Origin: Spirochaetales bacterium
GTDB lineage: Bacteria > Spirochaetota > Spirochaetia > JABEVK01
Length of the DNA: 64,000 nt
Direction: 5' to 3'
Assembly (NCBI GenBank): GCA_037142615.1
Contig: JBAXAI010000011.1
Coordinates: 1-64,000, forward strand
Positions within the stretch are counted from its first letter, which is position 1, and each line of letters opens with the position of its first letter. The notes under the pieces were generated by a model that was given only the letters and a program-made list of their open reading frames with translations, made no database searches and was not told where the DNA came from. Below, piece after piece: positions 10,004-19,832 of the stretch. Both the position numbers and the translations under genes were made by a program.

Positions 10004-10393
10004 CTATACTGTCATTTCGTGCAAGTTCGAAATCTTGGCCAAGTGCGGGTAGTCGCGGTCCCGATGGACAACAACCAAGTTGTGCCGTACCGCCAGGGCT
10101 GCAATCTGACAGTCGATGGACGACCGGACCGTGAGGCCCTGACGGCGCGCGGTGCGGAATAACGCGACTGCCTCGAGAAACAGCGACCGGTCGAGCGGTT
10201 CCCCCACCATAACGGCGGCGTCGAGAATCACCCGGACATCCCGAAACTGGGACTCCTCACGGATTCCTTGGAGAATCTCCTGGTAGACCGGAAGGCACAT
10301 CACCCGTTCCTCCGGTGGACAGACCTGCCGCAAATCGAAGGTGTCCTTTTTGCTGAAGTGCGCGATCCAGGCCGAGGTATCAACCAGGTACAC
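10004..10393 (-). CDS. vapC: PIN-domain toxin VapC
   Basis: LVDTSAWI, QEILQG, IDCQIAA, HRDRDY; GTG start overlapping the antitoxin. Confidence 0.88.
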   Translation of the reverse strand: MYLVDTSAWIAHFSKKDTFDLRQVCPPEERVMCLPVYQEILQGIREESQFRDVRVILDAAVMVGEPLDRSLFLEAVALFRTARRQGLTVRSSIDCQIAALAVRHNLVVVHRDRDYPHLAKISNLHEMTV

Positions 10394-10586
10394 GGTGATC
10401 CCGCAGTTCCGCCAAGTCTCCTTCCCACACATCACTCGAGGCGTAGCGGTCGATCTTTTCGAAAGTCTTCCGACGGACCAACTCGCTCAACGCCAAGTTA
10501 ACCACGTCGGAATAGGTCTTGAGCCCCACCGCCAACTGCGCCGCGTCGAGAAGCTGCTCATCCAACACAAGATTTGTGCGTTTCAT
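10380..10586 (-). CDS. vapB: VapB-family antitoxin
   Basis: MKRTNLVLDEQLL...VVNLALSELVRR...WEGDLAELR. Confidence 0.85.
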   Translation of the reverse strand: MKRTNLVLDEQLLDAAQLAVGLKTYSDVVNLALSELVRRKTFEKIDRYASSDVWEGDLAELRDHRVPG

Positions 10587-10649
10587 GTGCATAGGGTACG
10601 CCGTCCCGCAACGGCGTTCAAGGCCCATTTCTCAATTTGTTGAGGCCGA

Positions 10650-10778
10650 GATGCCGTCGCGAGGAGCGGCTTTGGCGAGACCGGGCAGAAGCGACGCGCG
10701 GAGCGTACTATGTGTACGTGAGCACGGAGCGAAGGCCCGGGCGAAGCCAAAGTCGCCCGCAGCAGGCAGGTCGGCATC
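10650..10778. repeat. nested palindromic element (REP/MITE-like)
   Basis: Four nested complementary arms: 10650-56/10772-78, 10666-76/10746-56, 10681-86/10735-40, 10704-08/10714-18. Confidence 0.55.
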
Positions 10779-10785
10779 AACCTAC

Positions 10786-12048
10786 CTAAATATTTGGTGC
10801 GTTGGCCAGCAGATACTTCTCCGCCTCGCCATTCCACAGCATGTTGTTGCGGGCCACGATCTCGGCCAGCTTGGCGTAGAAGGGCTCGGTCTTGCCGCGC
10901 TCGGCGAAGTCGGTGATGGCCACCAGGTCGAGTTTTTTGTGCACGTAGCACAGCTTTTTGCCACCGGGGATCTTGTCGAGCTCGATGGTGGTGTGCGCCA
11001 CGGCGTTCAAACCGCCCACGTGGGTGATCATCATGGCTGGCTTGAGTCGGCCGTCGGTCATCATGGCGAGCGACTCGATCATGTCGTCGGTGTTGCCGCC
11101 CGAGGTGCCGACCAGGTGATGGCTCTCGTAGTGCACGTTGTAGAAGTTCATGTTGGCGTTGAACGCGGTGTCGGTGGGGCCGGCGAAGAAGTTGAGGCAG
11201 CCATCGTTTCCAAGCAGGCGGTCTCCCATCTCGACCACCGGTTTGACCGGGGCGAACACGAACACGTCGTCGTAGCCCTTGCCACCGTTGAGCTTCTTGA
11301 GGTGCTCCACGGGGTCAGCGATGTCCTTGGTGTTGACGTAAATGAGCGTCACGCCGTTCTTTTTGGCTTCGGCGACGCTCAAAATGCTCTCGGCGCGCTT
11401 CAGGCGGGCGTCGTCGATATCGGTGACCACGAGCAGACCGGGTTTGCGATCACAGTGCAGCGCGTAGTCCACCGCGCCAAGGCCCATGGGGCCGACCCCG
11501 GCGAGCAGCGCCATGGCGCCGCCCTTCACAATGCCCATGTCGTGAACGTAGCTGCCGCCCTTGGTGTGGTAGTTGGCGTGGAAGGCGCCCACGATGCAAC
11601 TCACCGGTTCGCTGAGCGAGCCCATGAAAAACACGTCGCTGTCGTAGGGCAGCAGGCAATTGAGTTCCATCACTTCGGCCGGAATCACCACGTACTGGCT
11701 GTCGCCGCCGATGTGCTCGTAGCTATAGCCGGGGGCCCACAGGGTCCCGTCTTTGTTCAGCGCGGGCTGGATGCTGAAGCGGTCGCCGACCTTGAATTTC
11801 TTGGACCACTTTTTGCCCACTTCGACCAGCTCACCGCAGAACTCGTGGCCGATAATGATGGGGTTTTTGGCCAGGTCGTGGCGCACGCGCTTGTGGGCCG
11901 CTCCCTGCATGGCCAGCTTGTGGCTACTCATACAGATGGAGTCCGAGATCACCTTGGCGAGGATTTCGTCGTCCTTGATGGCCGGGAGGTCAAACTCCTC
12001 CAGCCGCAGATCGTTGACGCCGTAGAGGCGGACAGCTTTCGTCTTCAT
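10786..12048 (-). CDS. sorE: L-sorbose-1-phosphate reductase-like Zn-dependent dehydrogenase
   Basis: AVRLYGVNDLRLEEF, SDSICMSS, GHEFCG, GVGPMG, HLVGTSGG as in SorE; substrate not established. Confidence 0.8.
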   Translation of the reverse strand: MKTKAVRLYGVNDLRLEEFDLPAIKDDEILAKVISDSICMSSHKLAMQGAAHKRVRHDLAKNPIIIGHEFCGELVEVGKKWSKKFKVGDRFSIQPALNKDGTLWAPGYSYEHIGGDSQYVVIPAEVMELNCLLPYDSDVFFMGSLSEPVSCIVGAFHANYHTKGGSYVHDMGIVKGGAMALLAGVGPMGLGAVDYALHCDRKPGLLVVTDIDDARLKRAESILSVAEAKKNGVTLIYVNTKDIADPVEHLKKLNGGKGYDDVFVFAPVKPVVEMGDRLLGNDGCLNFFAGPTDTAFNANMNFYNVHYESHHLVGTSGGNTDDMIESLAMMTDGRLKPAMMITHVGGLNAVAHTTIELDKIPGGKKLCYVHKKLDLVAITDFAERGKTEPFYAKLAEIVARNNMLWNGEAEKYLLANAPNI

Positions 12049-12072
12049 AGTAACTCCTTGTGCCGCAATGGG

Positions 12073-13071
12073 CTAGTTAAGCATGACCTGCCCGCCCGTG
12101 ACGGGCAGCGCTTGGCCGGTTTCGTATTCCTGGTCGACAAGATAGCGGATAGCTTTGAGCACGTCGGGGCCGGTGCAGCCTCGGTTCATGGGCACCTTGG
12201 CTTCGTAGAAGGCTTTTACGTCGGCAAGGGTTTTGGCCCCGGGGACCTTGCCGGTTTTCAGGTATTGGGCGAACAGTCCGGTTTCGGGCGTGGACCACAG
12301 CGGGCCGTCGAAAAAGTTGCCCGGGCAGACCGAGTTGACCTTGATGCGGTGCGTGACCAGCTCGAGGGCGAAGCTTTGGGTGAGGCCGATGCCGCCGAAC
12401 TTGCTGCCCGCGTAGCTGCCATTTTTATTGCTGCCCTCGAGGCCGCTCTTGCTGTTGATCTGGATGACGTCGGTCCAACCGCTGGGGTTGCCCTCGGCCT
12501 GGCGCTTCATGACGGCAGCGCAATGTTTGACGCACAGCATGTAGCCGGTGTAGTTGACGCCCGTGACGAACTCCCAAGACTTGAGGTCTTGCTCGAGCAC
12601 CGAGAAGGCCTTGAGCACGCCGGCGTTGCTGACCAGCAGGTCGAGGCCGCCGCATTCGGCGACAATCGTCTCGACCATGGCCTGCACGCTGGGCTCGTCG
12701 GTGACGTTCACCTGCACGGCCAAGGTAACAGCCTTACCTGCCGCCTTGTTGAGTTCATCGGCCAGCTTTTGCGCGCCCGGAAGGTTCATGTCGGCGATCA
12801 CAACGAACGAGCCCTGGGCCACGAGCCCGCGGGTGATTTCCTCGCCAAAGCCCTGCGCGCCGCCGGTGACCAGCGCAATGCGGCCGTTCAGGCTGCTGTC
12901 GGCGGCAACGCTCTCGCTGGCGGTGAACCAGCCGGTGCCCGACAACATCAGTTCGGGCGCGATGCCGCTCGGGGCTACACCCGCATGAAACGTGAACCGC
13001 TGGCGTCGGCCGGCTTCGAGGGCTTTGCCGCGCAACAGCGGCGCGGTGGCCACAACGGGATCAATGGACAT
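12073..13071 (-). CDS. sorbitol-6-phosphate 2-dehydrogenase-like SDR (SrlD/SorD-like) with N-terminal extension
   Basis: TGGAQGFG, IQINSKSG, YAGSKFGGIGLTQS, VTGGQVM. Confidence 0.85.
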   Translation of the reverse strand: MSIDPVVATAPLLRGKALEAGRRQRFTFHAGVAPSGIAPELMLSGTGWFTASESVAADSSLNGRIALVTGGAQGFGEEITRGLVAQGSFVVIADMNLPGAQKLADELNKAAGKAVTLAVQVNVTDEPSVQAMVETIVAECGGLDLLVSNAGVLKAFSVLEQDLKSWEFVTGVNYTGYMLCVKHCAAVMKRQAEGNPSGWTDVIQINSKSGLEGSNKNGSYAGSKFGGIGLTQSFALELVTHRIKVNSVCPGNFFDGPLWSTPETGLFAQYLKTGKVPGAKTLADVKAFYEAKVPMNRGCTGPDVLKAIRYLVDQEYETGQALPVTGGQVMLN

Positions 13072-14359
13072 AGAGTTCCTCCGATTTGCGGTAGTAGGCA
13101 GAAAGGCGTTCACCCAGTGGCTTGCTCGCCAACGGGTTCTGCGGGTGAAACAGGCCCTGCTTGCCGTCCTGGGACGACAGCTTTTCGTGCGCGATGAGCG
13201 CCCACGTGCTGGCGTTGAGGTGCCGGAACTCGGGGCGCAGAATCTCGGGACACTGGAAGCTTTGGCGCGAGCTGTTGATGTCGACCCCCGAGATTTCCAT
13301 CAGCCCGTGGTGGGCACACAGTTTCTGCACGCGCAGCAGCTGTTCCACCGTGTTACGGGGCGGCATGTAGGTCACCGCTTGAAAGCCATACCCGGGCAGT
13401 TCGGCAAACAGCGCGTCGAGGTAGGCGTCCTCGAAGTGCTCGGCCTTTTTGTCGCCCGTGGGGCTTTCGCCCACGTCGCCGAGGTAGGCGTACGCGGGAA
13501 GGGCACCCAAGCTGCGGATGAACGCGGTAACCTCGCGCACGGGCAGGCATTCCGCGTCGGTCGGGTCGACAAACACCTGGTCGATGAGCGTGGTCTTGAG
13601 CAGGCCCACCAGGTCGTAGAAGGCGTGGGGGTTGGCGGTGTCGGTCAGCTGGGTGGCCACCTTGGCGGGCACCTTAACGCCGAGCTTAGTTTCGAGCAGC
13701 GAGACGAGCGAAGGCGACAGACCTGCCTGAGCGATCAACACGTTCGCCGCTCCGGCGAGCAGGTGGCGCTCGGTGACGCCACCGCCGCTTTTCAATTGGG
13801 TGAGCGGTTCCACGTCGCGGTCAAAATCGAGACCCTTGCCACTGGGGCCGGGAATGCCGGCCGCTACGAAAATCTTGCCGATCGCGGTTGCCATCTTGCG
13901 GGTCCGCTCGACGCGCACCGCGCGCAAGGGCTTCAGGTAGGCCTCCGCGTCGTCAATCCGGTTGGCCGGCACGCCGTGGGCCACGATATACGCGCGTCCC
14001 AGGCAATCGGGATAGTTGACCTTGCGCTCGCCGAAGGGCGTTCCTTTCAGGCTGACGCGCAGCTCGAAGCCGACGGTGGTGGCGATGCCCAGGATCTTGC
14101 CCGCCTCGAGCATTTCGCGCGCGGCGCCGATGCTGTCGTGGTCCACCGAACCCACGGCGTCCAGCCCTGCCTCGAAGGCCCGCAGCGCGGCCATCGAGGG
14201 CGTGTAGGGGCTAAAGCTGTAAATGGTGTGAACGTGGTTGTTCACCTCGCCCTCGCGCTTGCCGCGACGCAACTCGGGCGAGGCGGCGAAAGTTTTGAGT
14301 GCGGCGAGGCGGTCTGCGGGCGACTCGGTAGGGTTGTTGATCCGCTCGCGCAGCGTCAT
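13061..14359 (-). CDS. PHP-domain protein (putative sugar-phosphate phosphatase)
   Basis: NNHVHTIYS, VDHDS, GFELR metal-binding motifs. Confidence 0.8.
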   Translation of the reverse strand: MTLRERINNPTESPADRLAALKTFAASPELRRGKREGEVNNHVHTIYSFSPYTPSMAALRAFEAGLDAVGSVDHDSIGAAREMLEAGKILGIATTVGFELRVSLKGTPFGERKVNYPDCLGRAYIVAHGVPANRIDDAEAYLKPLRAVRVERTRKMATAIGKIFVAAGIPGPSGKGLDFDRDVEPLTQLKSGGGVTERHLLAGAANVLIAQAGLSPSLVSLLETKLGVKVPAKVATQLTDTANPHAFYDLVGLLKTTLIDQVFVDPTDAECLPVREVTAFIRSLGALPAYAYLGDVGESPTGDKKAEHFEDAYLDALFAELPGYGFQAVTYMPPRNTVEQLLRVQKLCAHHGLMEISGVDINSSRQSFQCPEILRPEFRHLNASTWALIAHEKLSSQDGKQGLFHPQNPLASKPLGERLSAYYRKSEELYVH

Positions 14360-14362
14360 CGG

Positions 14363-16822
14363 CTAGAGCCCCAACCGGTTCCGGCGCAACATTTCACCGG
14401 CGGTTTGCACCGTGGTGGGGGTGTGACCGGTCAGCGGGATAATGCGTTCGTGGATGGTGTCGAGAATCCAGTCCGTCTGGGGGAAGAACACGTCTTCCAT
14501 TTCGGCGGCGGGGGTGATGAAGTTGCGGCTGCCCACCACGGCAACCGGGGCGTCGAGGTAGTTGAACGCCACCTGGCTGAGCGTGCTGGCCACGGTGTGC
14601 AGGTAGTTGCCGCGTTCCACGGCGTCGCTGGCGAGCAGCACCTTGCCGGTCTTTTTCACCGATTCCACCAACACGTCGTACTTGAGCGGGCTGATAAAGC
14701 GCAGGTCGATGACTTCGGCGTCGAGGTTGTACTTGCTCTGCAACAACTTAGCCGCGTCCATGGCCTTGTACAGCGTGGCGCCCAAGGTGATGATGGTCAG
14801 GTCCTTGCCGGTCTTGCGGACGGCGGGCTCGCCTTCGGGGGTCTCGTAAAAGCCTTCGGGAACACCGGACTTTTCAAAGATCTCGCCCATGTCGTAGAGG
14901 CCCTGGCTTTCGAAGAAGACGACCGGGTCGGTGCCGCGCAGGGCCAGGTTGAGCATGCCCTTGGCGTCGGTGGGGGTGGCGGGGAAGTAGGCCTTGAGAC
15001 CCGGAATGTGCGCTACCAGTGCGCTCCAGTCCTGGCTGTGCTGGGCGCCGTACTTGGCTCCCACGGCAACGCGCAGCACCAGCGGCATCTTGAGCATGCC
15101 GGCCGACATCGACTGCCACTTGGCCATCTGGTTGAAAATCTCATCGCCAGCGCGGCCCATAAAGTCGCAATACATCAGCTCGACCACGGCGCGGCCGCCT
15201 GCCAGAGCGTAGCCGACACCCGAGCCCACGATGGCGCCTTCGCTGATGGGGCTGTTGAACAGGCGTTTGTACGGGAGCGCTTCGGTCAGACCGCGGTAGA
15301 CGGCGAACGCCCCACCCCAGTCGCGGTTCTCTTCGCCCCAAGCCGCCATGGTCGGGTCGATGCTGAAGCGGTGAAGCATGGCTTCAAACAGGCCGTCGCG
15401 GTAGGCGAAAATCTTGGCCTTGGGCAGGGGCTTTCCGTCGGCGTCGAGGGCGTAACGCGCCTTGGTCTTGAGCGCCACGCTGCGGGGGTCGGTCCCCAAC
15501 GGCAGCAGCATCTCGACCGGGCGGTCGTCGAACTTCTCGGCCTTCTGGTTGCTGAACATGACGCTTTCGATAAACGCGCCGCCCTGCAAGCGGGGCGATT
15601 CGGTCATGTCGATCGACAGCTTGTAGATGCTGTTCATCTTGGTGGCCACGCCGGTGCGGATGTCTTCGACTTCCTTGGCCTTGAGCACGCCGCCAGCCAC
15701 GAGGTATTCCCCGTAACTCTTGACGCAGTCAGCATTTTCCCACAGCTCGATTTCTTCCTTGGTGCGGTAGCTCGAGGCGTCGCTGGGCGAGTGGCCGCTC
15801 AGGCGGTAGGTGATGGTGTCCAGCAGCACGGGGCCTTCGCCGGCCAACAGAATCTTCTTTTTGCGTTCCACAGCGTCGAGCACGGCCAACGGATTGTAGC
15901 CGTCGACACGCTCGGCGTGCATGGCGGCGGCGTTGATACCGGCGCCCACGCGGGCCAGGATTTCGTAGGGCATGGTCTCGCCATTGGTCTGGCCACCCAT
16001 GCCGTAGAAGTTGTTGAAGAAGTTGAACAAAATGGGGGGGGCGCCGCCGGCGTCTTTGCCCCACAGCGTGCGGTACTGGTCCATGGCGGCCAGCATCATG
16101 GCCTCCCACACGGGACCACAGCCCATGGCCGCGTCGCCGATATTGCTCACCACGATGCCGGGCTTGCCGTTGATGCGCTTGAACAGCGCTGCGCCGGTGG
16201 CGATGTCGGCCGAACCACCCACGAGAGCATTGTTGGGCATCATGCCGAAGGGGGCAAAAAAGGCGTGCATGGAACCGCCGAGGCCTCGGTGGAAGCCGGG
16301 AGCCTTGGCAAAGATCTCGGCCAGGGCGCCGTAGAGCACAAAGTCATCGGCCAATTCCTTGGTCGTCTTAGCCCCAGCTTTCTCGGCCACCTTGAGCGTC
16401 TCGCCGCCCCAGAAGCCCTTCATCACCTTGAGCAGTTCCTCGTCGGGCAACTGGCTGACGGCCGCGAAGCACTTGCTGATGATCTCGCCGTGGCTGCGGT
16501 GGCTGCCGAAAGTGAAGTCCTCCACGTTGAGGGCAAACGACTGACCGGTGGAGCTAGCTTCCTGACCCATGGACAGGTGCGCGGGACCCTTGTGGTTGTA
16601 GTCGACGCCGTTGTAGCCGCCCTGGGTTTTGACCAGGTTGAGCATGCTTTCGAACTCACGGATGGTGGCCATGGTGTGGAAAATCCGCACCAGCTTTTCC
16701 TTTCCGTGCTTTTTCACTTCGGCGGTGATGTCGCTCTTGTACTGGTTGAGCGGAATGTCCTTGGTCTTGAGCACGCCAGGCTGGCGGACGACCTTGGGAT
16801 CAACGGTAATTGTCTTTGGCAT
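14363..16822 (-). CDS. 2-oxoacid dehydrogenase E1, fused alpha+beta, TPP-dependent
   Basis: [22 protein letters not shown]...[27 protein letters not shown]. Confidence 0.92.
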   Translation of the reverse strand: MPKTITVDPKVVRQPGVLKTKDIPLNQYKSDITAEVKKHGKEKLVRIFHTMATIREFESMLNLVKTQGGYNGVDYNHKGPAHLSMGQEASSTGQSFALNVEDFTFGSHRSHGEIISKCFAAVSQLPDEELLKVMKGFWGGETLKVAEKAGAKTTKELADDFVLYGALAEIFAKAPGFHRGLGGSMHAFFAPFGMMPNNALVGGSADIATGAALFKRINGKPGIVVSNIGDAAMGCGPVWEAMMLAAMDQYRTLWGKDAGGAPPILFNFFNNFYGMGGQTNGETMPYEILARVGAGINAAAMHAERVDGYNPLAVLDAVERKKKILLAGEGPVLLDTITYRLSGHSPSDASSYRTKEEIELWENADCVKSYGEYLVAGGVLKAKEVEDIRTGVATKMNSIYKLSIDMTESPRLQGGAFIESVMFSNQKAEKFDDRPVEMLLPLGTDPRSVALKTKARYALDADGKPLPKAKIFAYRDGLFEAMLHRFSIDPTMAAWGEENRDWGGAFAVYRGLTEALPYKRLFNSPISEGAIVGSGVGYALAGGRAVVELMYCDFMGRAGDEIFNQMAKWQSMSAGMLKMPLVLRVAVGAKYGAQHSQDWSALVAHIPGLKAYFPATPTDAKGMLNLALRGTDPVVFFESQGLYDMGEIFEKSGVPEGFYETPEGEPAVRKTGKDLTIITLGATLYKAMDAAKLLQSKYNLDAEVIDLRFISPLKYDVLVESVKKTGKVLLASDAVERGNYLHTVASTLSQVAFNYLDAPVAVVGSRNFITPAAEMEDVFFPQTDWILDTIHERIIPLTGHTPTTVQTAGEMLRRNRLGL

Positions 16823-16845
16823 TTCTTATCTCCTGTTTCCTGTGT

Positions 16846-18201
16846 TTAATGAAGTTCCCACAAGGCGTCGCGGATGGCTTCGCCGGTGGTGGGGTGCGGG
16901 AAGATGAGCTCGCGGGCCTCGTGCACGCGCAGTTCCAATTCGATGAGAGCCGCGCCGCCCCAGATCATTTCGCCGACGCCGGCACCGTACATCTGAATGC
17001 CCAGGATGCGGTCGGTGTCTTTGTCGACGATGACCTTGGTGACACCGGGAGCGGTCGGGCCATTTTCGGCCAGAAAGCGCCCCACGTTGCGCAGGGGCAC
17101 GGTGGCGGTGACCACGTTGCGGCCCTGTTTTTTGGCCTCGTCCTCGGTGAGGCCCACGCCGGCCGCCTCGGGGTTGCTGTAGAGCACCCAGGGGATGGCC
17201 GAGTAGCGCATCCGCTGGCGCTTTTCGGGGGCGTCGGTGATGGCGCTGACGGCCACCTCGCCCATACGGCTGGCCGAGTGTGCCAGCAGGCTGCGGCCGG
17301 TGACGTCACCGACGGCGTACACGCCGGGGATGTTGGTCTGCTGGTATTCGTTCACCACGATGCCCTTGGGGCTGAAGTCCACGCCCAGCGCCTCGAGGCC
17401 CAAGCCTTTCACGTTGAGGCTGCGGCCCACGGCCATGAGCACTACGTCGCCTGTCACGGATTTCGGGCCGTCTTTGGCGGTGTAGTGCACCGTGCCGCCG
17501 TCGAGCTTCTCGACCTTGCAGCCGAGCTGGAACTCGATGTTTCCGAGAGCTTTGCGTAGCTGTGGCGCGTGTTCCTTGTCCATGAAGGGGATGATCTCGT
17601 CCATCATCTCGACGACGGTCACCTTGCTGCCCAGCGTGGCAAACAGGCTAGCAAACTCGACGCCGATGACGCCGCCACCGATGACGACCAGACTCTTGGG
17701 AACTTCTTTCAGGTCGAGGAGTCCCGTGCTGCTGACCACCTTGGGGTTGTCTTTTGCCCCGGGGATCGGCGGCATGGCGGGTGAGCTGCCGGTAGCGATG
17801 ATGAGGTTTTTGCCCTGATAGCTCTTGTCGGCCACCTTGACGGTGTTTTTATCGACAAGCTCCGCCGTGCCGCTCACCACCTCGACGCCGAACTTCTTCA
17901 TCAGAAAGGTGATGCCGCCGCGCAGTTTGCCGATCACCTCGCCCTTCCACGCCTGGGCTTCGGTCCAGTTGAGGGTCACTTCTTTGGCGTGGACGCCGAA
18001 ACGCTCGCCGTGCAGGGCATGCGCATAGGTCTTGGCGCTGTTCAGCAACGTTTTGGTGGGAATGCAGCCCCAGTTGAGGCAGGTGCCGCCCAGGTATTCC
18101 TTTTCGATCAGAAGGACTTTCTGTCCCCGGGCCCCTGCCCTTTCGGCCGCGACGTAGCCGCCGGGGCCGCCGCCGATGATGATGATATCGTACATAGTCA
18201 T
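16846..18201 (-). CDS. lpdA: dihydrolipoyl dehydrogenase (E3)
   Basis: GGGPGG, GGTCLNWGCIP redox disulfide, HPTTGE. Confidence 0.95.
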   Translation of the reverse strand: MTMYDIIIIGGGPGGYVAAERAGARGQKVLLIEKEYLGGTCLNWGCIPTKTLLNSAKTYAHALHGERFGVHAKEVTLNWTEAQAWKGEVIGKLRGGITFLMKKFGVEVVSGTAELVDKNTVKVADKSYQGKNLIIATGSSPAMPPIPGAKDNPKVVSSTGLLDLKEVPKSLVVIGGGVIGVEFASLFATLGSKVTVVEMMDEIIPFMDKEHAPQLRKALGNIEFQLGCKVEKLDGGTVHYTAKDGPKSVTGDVVLMAVGRSLNVKGLGLEALGVDFSPKGIVVNEYQQTNIPGVYAVGDVTGRSLLAHSASRMGEVAVSAITDAPEKRQRMRYSAIPWVLYSNPEAAGVGLTEDEAKKQGRNVVTATVPLRNVGRFLAENGPTAPGVTKVIVDKDTDRILGIQMYGAGVGEMIWGGAALIELELRVHEARELIFPHPTTGEAIRDALWELH

Positions 18202-18205
18202 TTCC

Positions 18206-19573
18206 TTACTGGGCCAACACTAAGTCAACTTCGGCGATGGCGTCGCTCAACGCCTTGAGGAACTTCGCGGCGGGGGCGCCGTCGACCACCATGTGGTTGA
18301 TGGTCAGCGACAGGCCCACACTGGGCAAAAACTCCACCCCGGCCTTGCCCTGCACGGGCTTAAGGCTGATGCCACCAACACCGAGGATGGCCACTTCGGG
18401 CACGTTGAGCACCGGCGTGAAGCTGTCGATGCCAAACGCGCCGACATTGCTCACGCTGAAGGTGCTGCCGGTCAGGTCGTCGGGCTTGATGGTGCTGTTG
18501 CGGCAAGCTTCGGCCAGACGCTTCGTCTCGTCGCTGATCTGCTTCAGGCTGAGGCTATCAGCGTTGCGGACGACGGGAACCATGAGACCGCGGGGGGTGT
18601 CACAAGCCACGCCGATGTGCACGTCGCCGAACTCAATGATGGTGTCGCCGACTTTGTGGGCGTTCATGTACCCAAAGCGCCGGAGCGTGCGGGCCGTGGC
18701 GAACACGATCAGGTCGCCAATGGTGACGCCCTGTAGGCCGAGGCTGGCGTCGCTGGCCTTGAGCCGGGCGCGCAGTTCCTGCAGGCGAACGGCGAGCGCG
18801 GTGGCGTTGAGCGTGAACTGCGCCGTTGTGCTCAGGCTCTCGGCCATCCGGTCGGCGATGACCTTGCGGATGCCCTTGATCTTGGTTTCGGTACGGCTGC
18901 CAGGAGCGCGGACAGGAGCAGCAGATGAACTTGGCGCCGCCGAAACTGCAGCTGGTGCATTGCCCACGTCGGCCGCGAGAACCCGGCCGCCCAGGCCGCT
19001 GCCACGGGCGGGGAGCGCCACACCGGCGGCGAGGGCCGCTTCGAGGGCAGCAGCGGTGGCCGGAGCCTTGGCGTCGAGCACCGCGCGCACGTCGCGTTCG
19101 ATCACGCGGCCTTCCGGGCCGGTGCCGGTCAGTGACGTGGCGTCCACACCCTGGGTAGCGGCCAGAAGCCGGGCACGGGGCGAGGAAAAAGAAGCTCCGG
19201 CGGCGGCGATGGAGGACGCTGACGCCGGAGCGGAAGGAGCCGTGGGAGAGGCGACCGACACAGCGGCCGTGGGAGCAGCCGAACCGGTAGCGGGGCTGCC
19301 GCCCGAGGTGGCCAGCAGCGTGGCGATGTCCTCGCCAGGCGTGCCGATGATGGCGATGGGCAACATGACGGGCACGTCGTCGCCGGCGTTACGGACCTGC
19401 TTCAAGATGGTGCCGGCGAAACCGGCTTCGACTTCGAAGGACGCCTTGTCGGTCTCGACGTCGGCCACGATGGTCTTGGCGGTCACTGCATCGCCCTCTT
19501 TCACGCGCCAGGCGATCAGAAGGCACGATTCAACGCTGTTCCCCTGCCGGGGCATGACCAGAACTTCTGCCAT
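18206..19573 (-). CDS. dihydrolipoamide acyltransferase (E2)
   Basis: Lipoyl motif VETDKA, two E3-binding-like segments, catalytic NHMVVDG; ATG 19573. Confidence 0.92.
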   Translation of the reverse strand: MAEVLVMPRQGNSVESCLLIAWRVKEGDAVTAKTIVADVETDKASFEVEAGFAGTILKQVRNAGDDVPVMLPIAIIGTPGEDIATLLATSGGSPATGSAAPTAAVSVASPTAPSAPASASSIAAAGASFSSPRARLLAATQGVDATSLTGTGPEGRVIERDVRAVLDAKAPATAAALEAALAAGVALPARGSGLGGRVLAADVGNAPAAVSAAPSSSAAPVRAPGSRTETKIKGIRKVIADRMAESLSTTAQFTLNATALAVRLQELRARLKASDASLGLQGVTIGDLIVFATARTLRRFGYMNAHKVGDTIIEFGDVHIGVACDTPRGLMVPVVRNADSLSLKQISDETKRLAEACRNSTIKPDDLTGSTFSVSNVGAFGIDSFTPVLNVPEVAILGVGGISLKPVQGKAGVEFLPSVGLSLTINHMVVDGAPAAKFLKALSDAIAEVDLVLAQ

Positions 19574-19588
19574 AGGTCTTCCTTTATG

Positions 19589-19641
19589 GTTTCGAAATGC
19601 TTTCGATTGGCTTACGATATACCTTCCCCTGAATTTTGACA
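19589..19641 (-). promoter_or_regulatory. sigma70-like promoter with three 11-bp-spaced CG(A/T)AA(G/C) repeats (putative DeoR operator)
   Basis: Minus strand TTGTCA...TATATCGT, then CGTAAG/CGAAAG/CGAAAC at 19611-16, 19600-05, 19589-94. Confidence 0.55.
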
Positions 19642-19687
19642 AGAGGAAATTGTCTCTGGGCACGAAAAGTGTCTGCGGATTCACTCA

Positions 19688-19726
19688 ACCTGCCAAATCT
19701 GGACTCGACATCCAGATTTGGCAGGT
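19688..19726. repeat. perfect 16-bp inverted repeat, 7-nt loop
   Basis: ACCTGCCAAATCTGGA-ctcgaca-TCCAGATTTGGCAGGT. Confidence 0.85.
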
Positions 19727-19832
19727 AGCTGCACCTTGAGGAGAATTGGGAGGATTTTGGTTTGGCGCATTCGGTCCTGGTTGCGAGACGCATAACGCAC
19801 CGAGAAACGTATTGGCCAGAGGTCGGGCCACG

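Noticed and set aside
12992-16849. 1285-aa plus-strand ORF and similar long ORFs (10519-13197, 28037-30109, 55403-57349, 58557-60473)
   Set aside because: Antisense shadows of well-supported genes in high-GC DNA; no recognisable motifs.
19190-19310. Low-complexity Ala/Ser/Pro stretch
   Set aside because: Ordinary flexible linker of E2 subunits.
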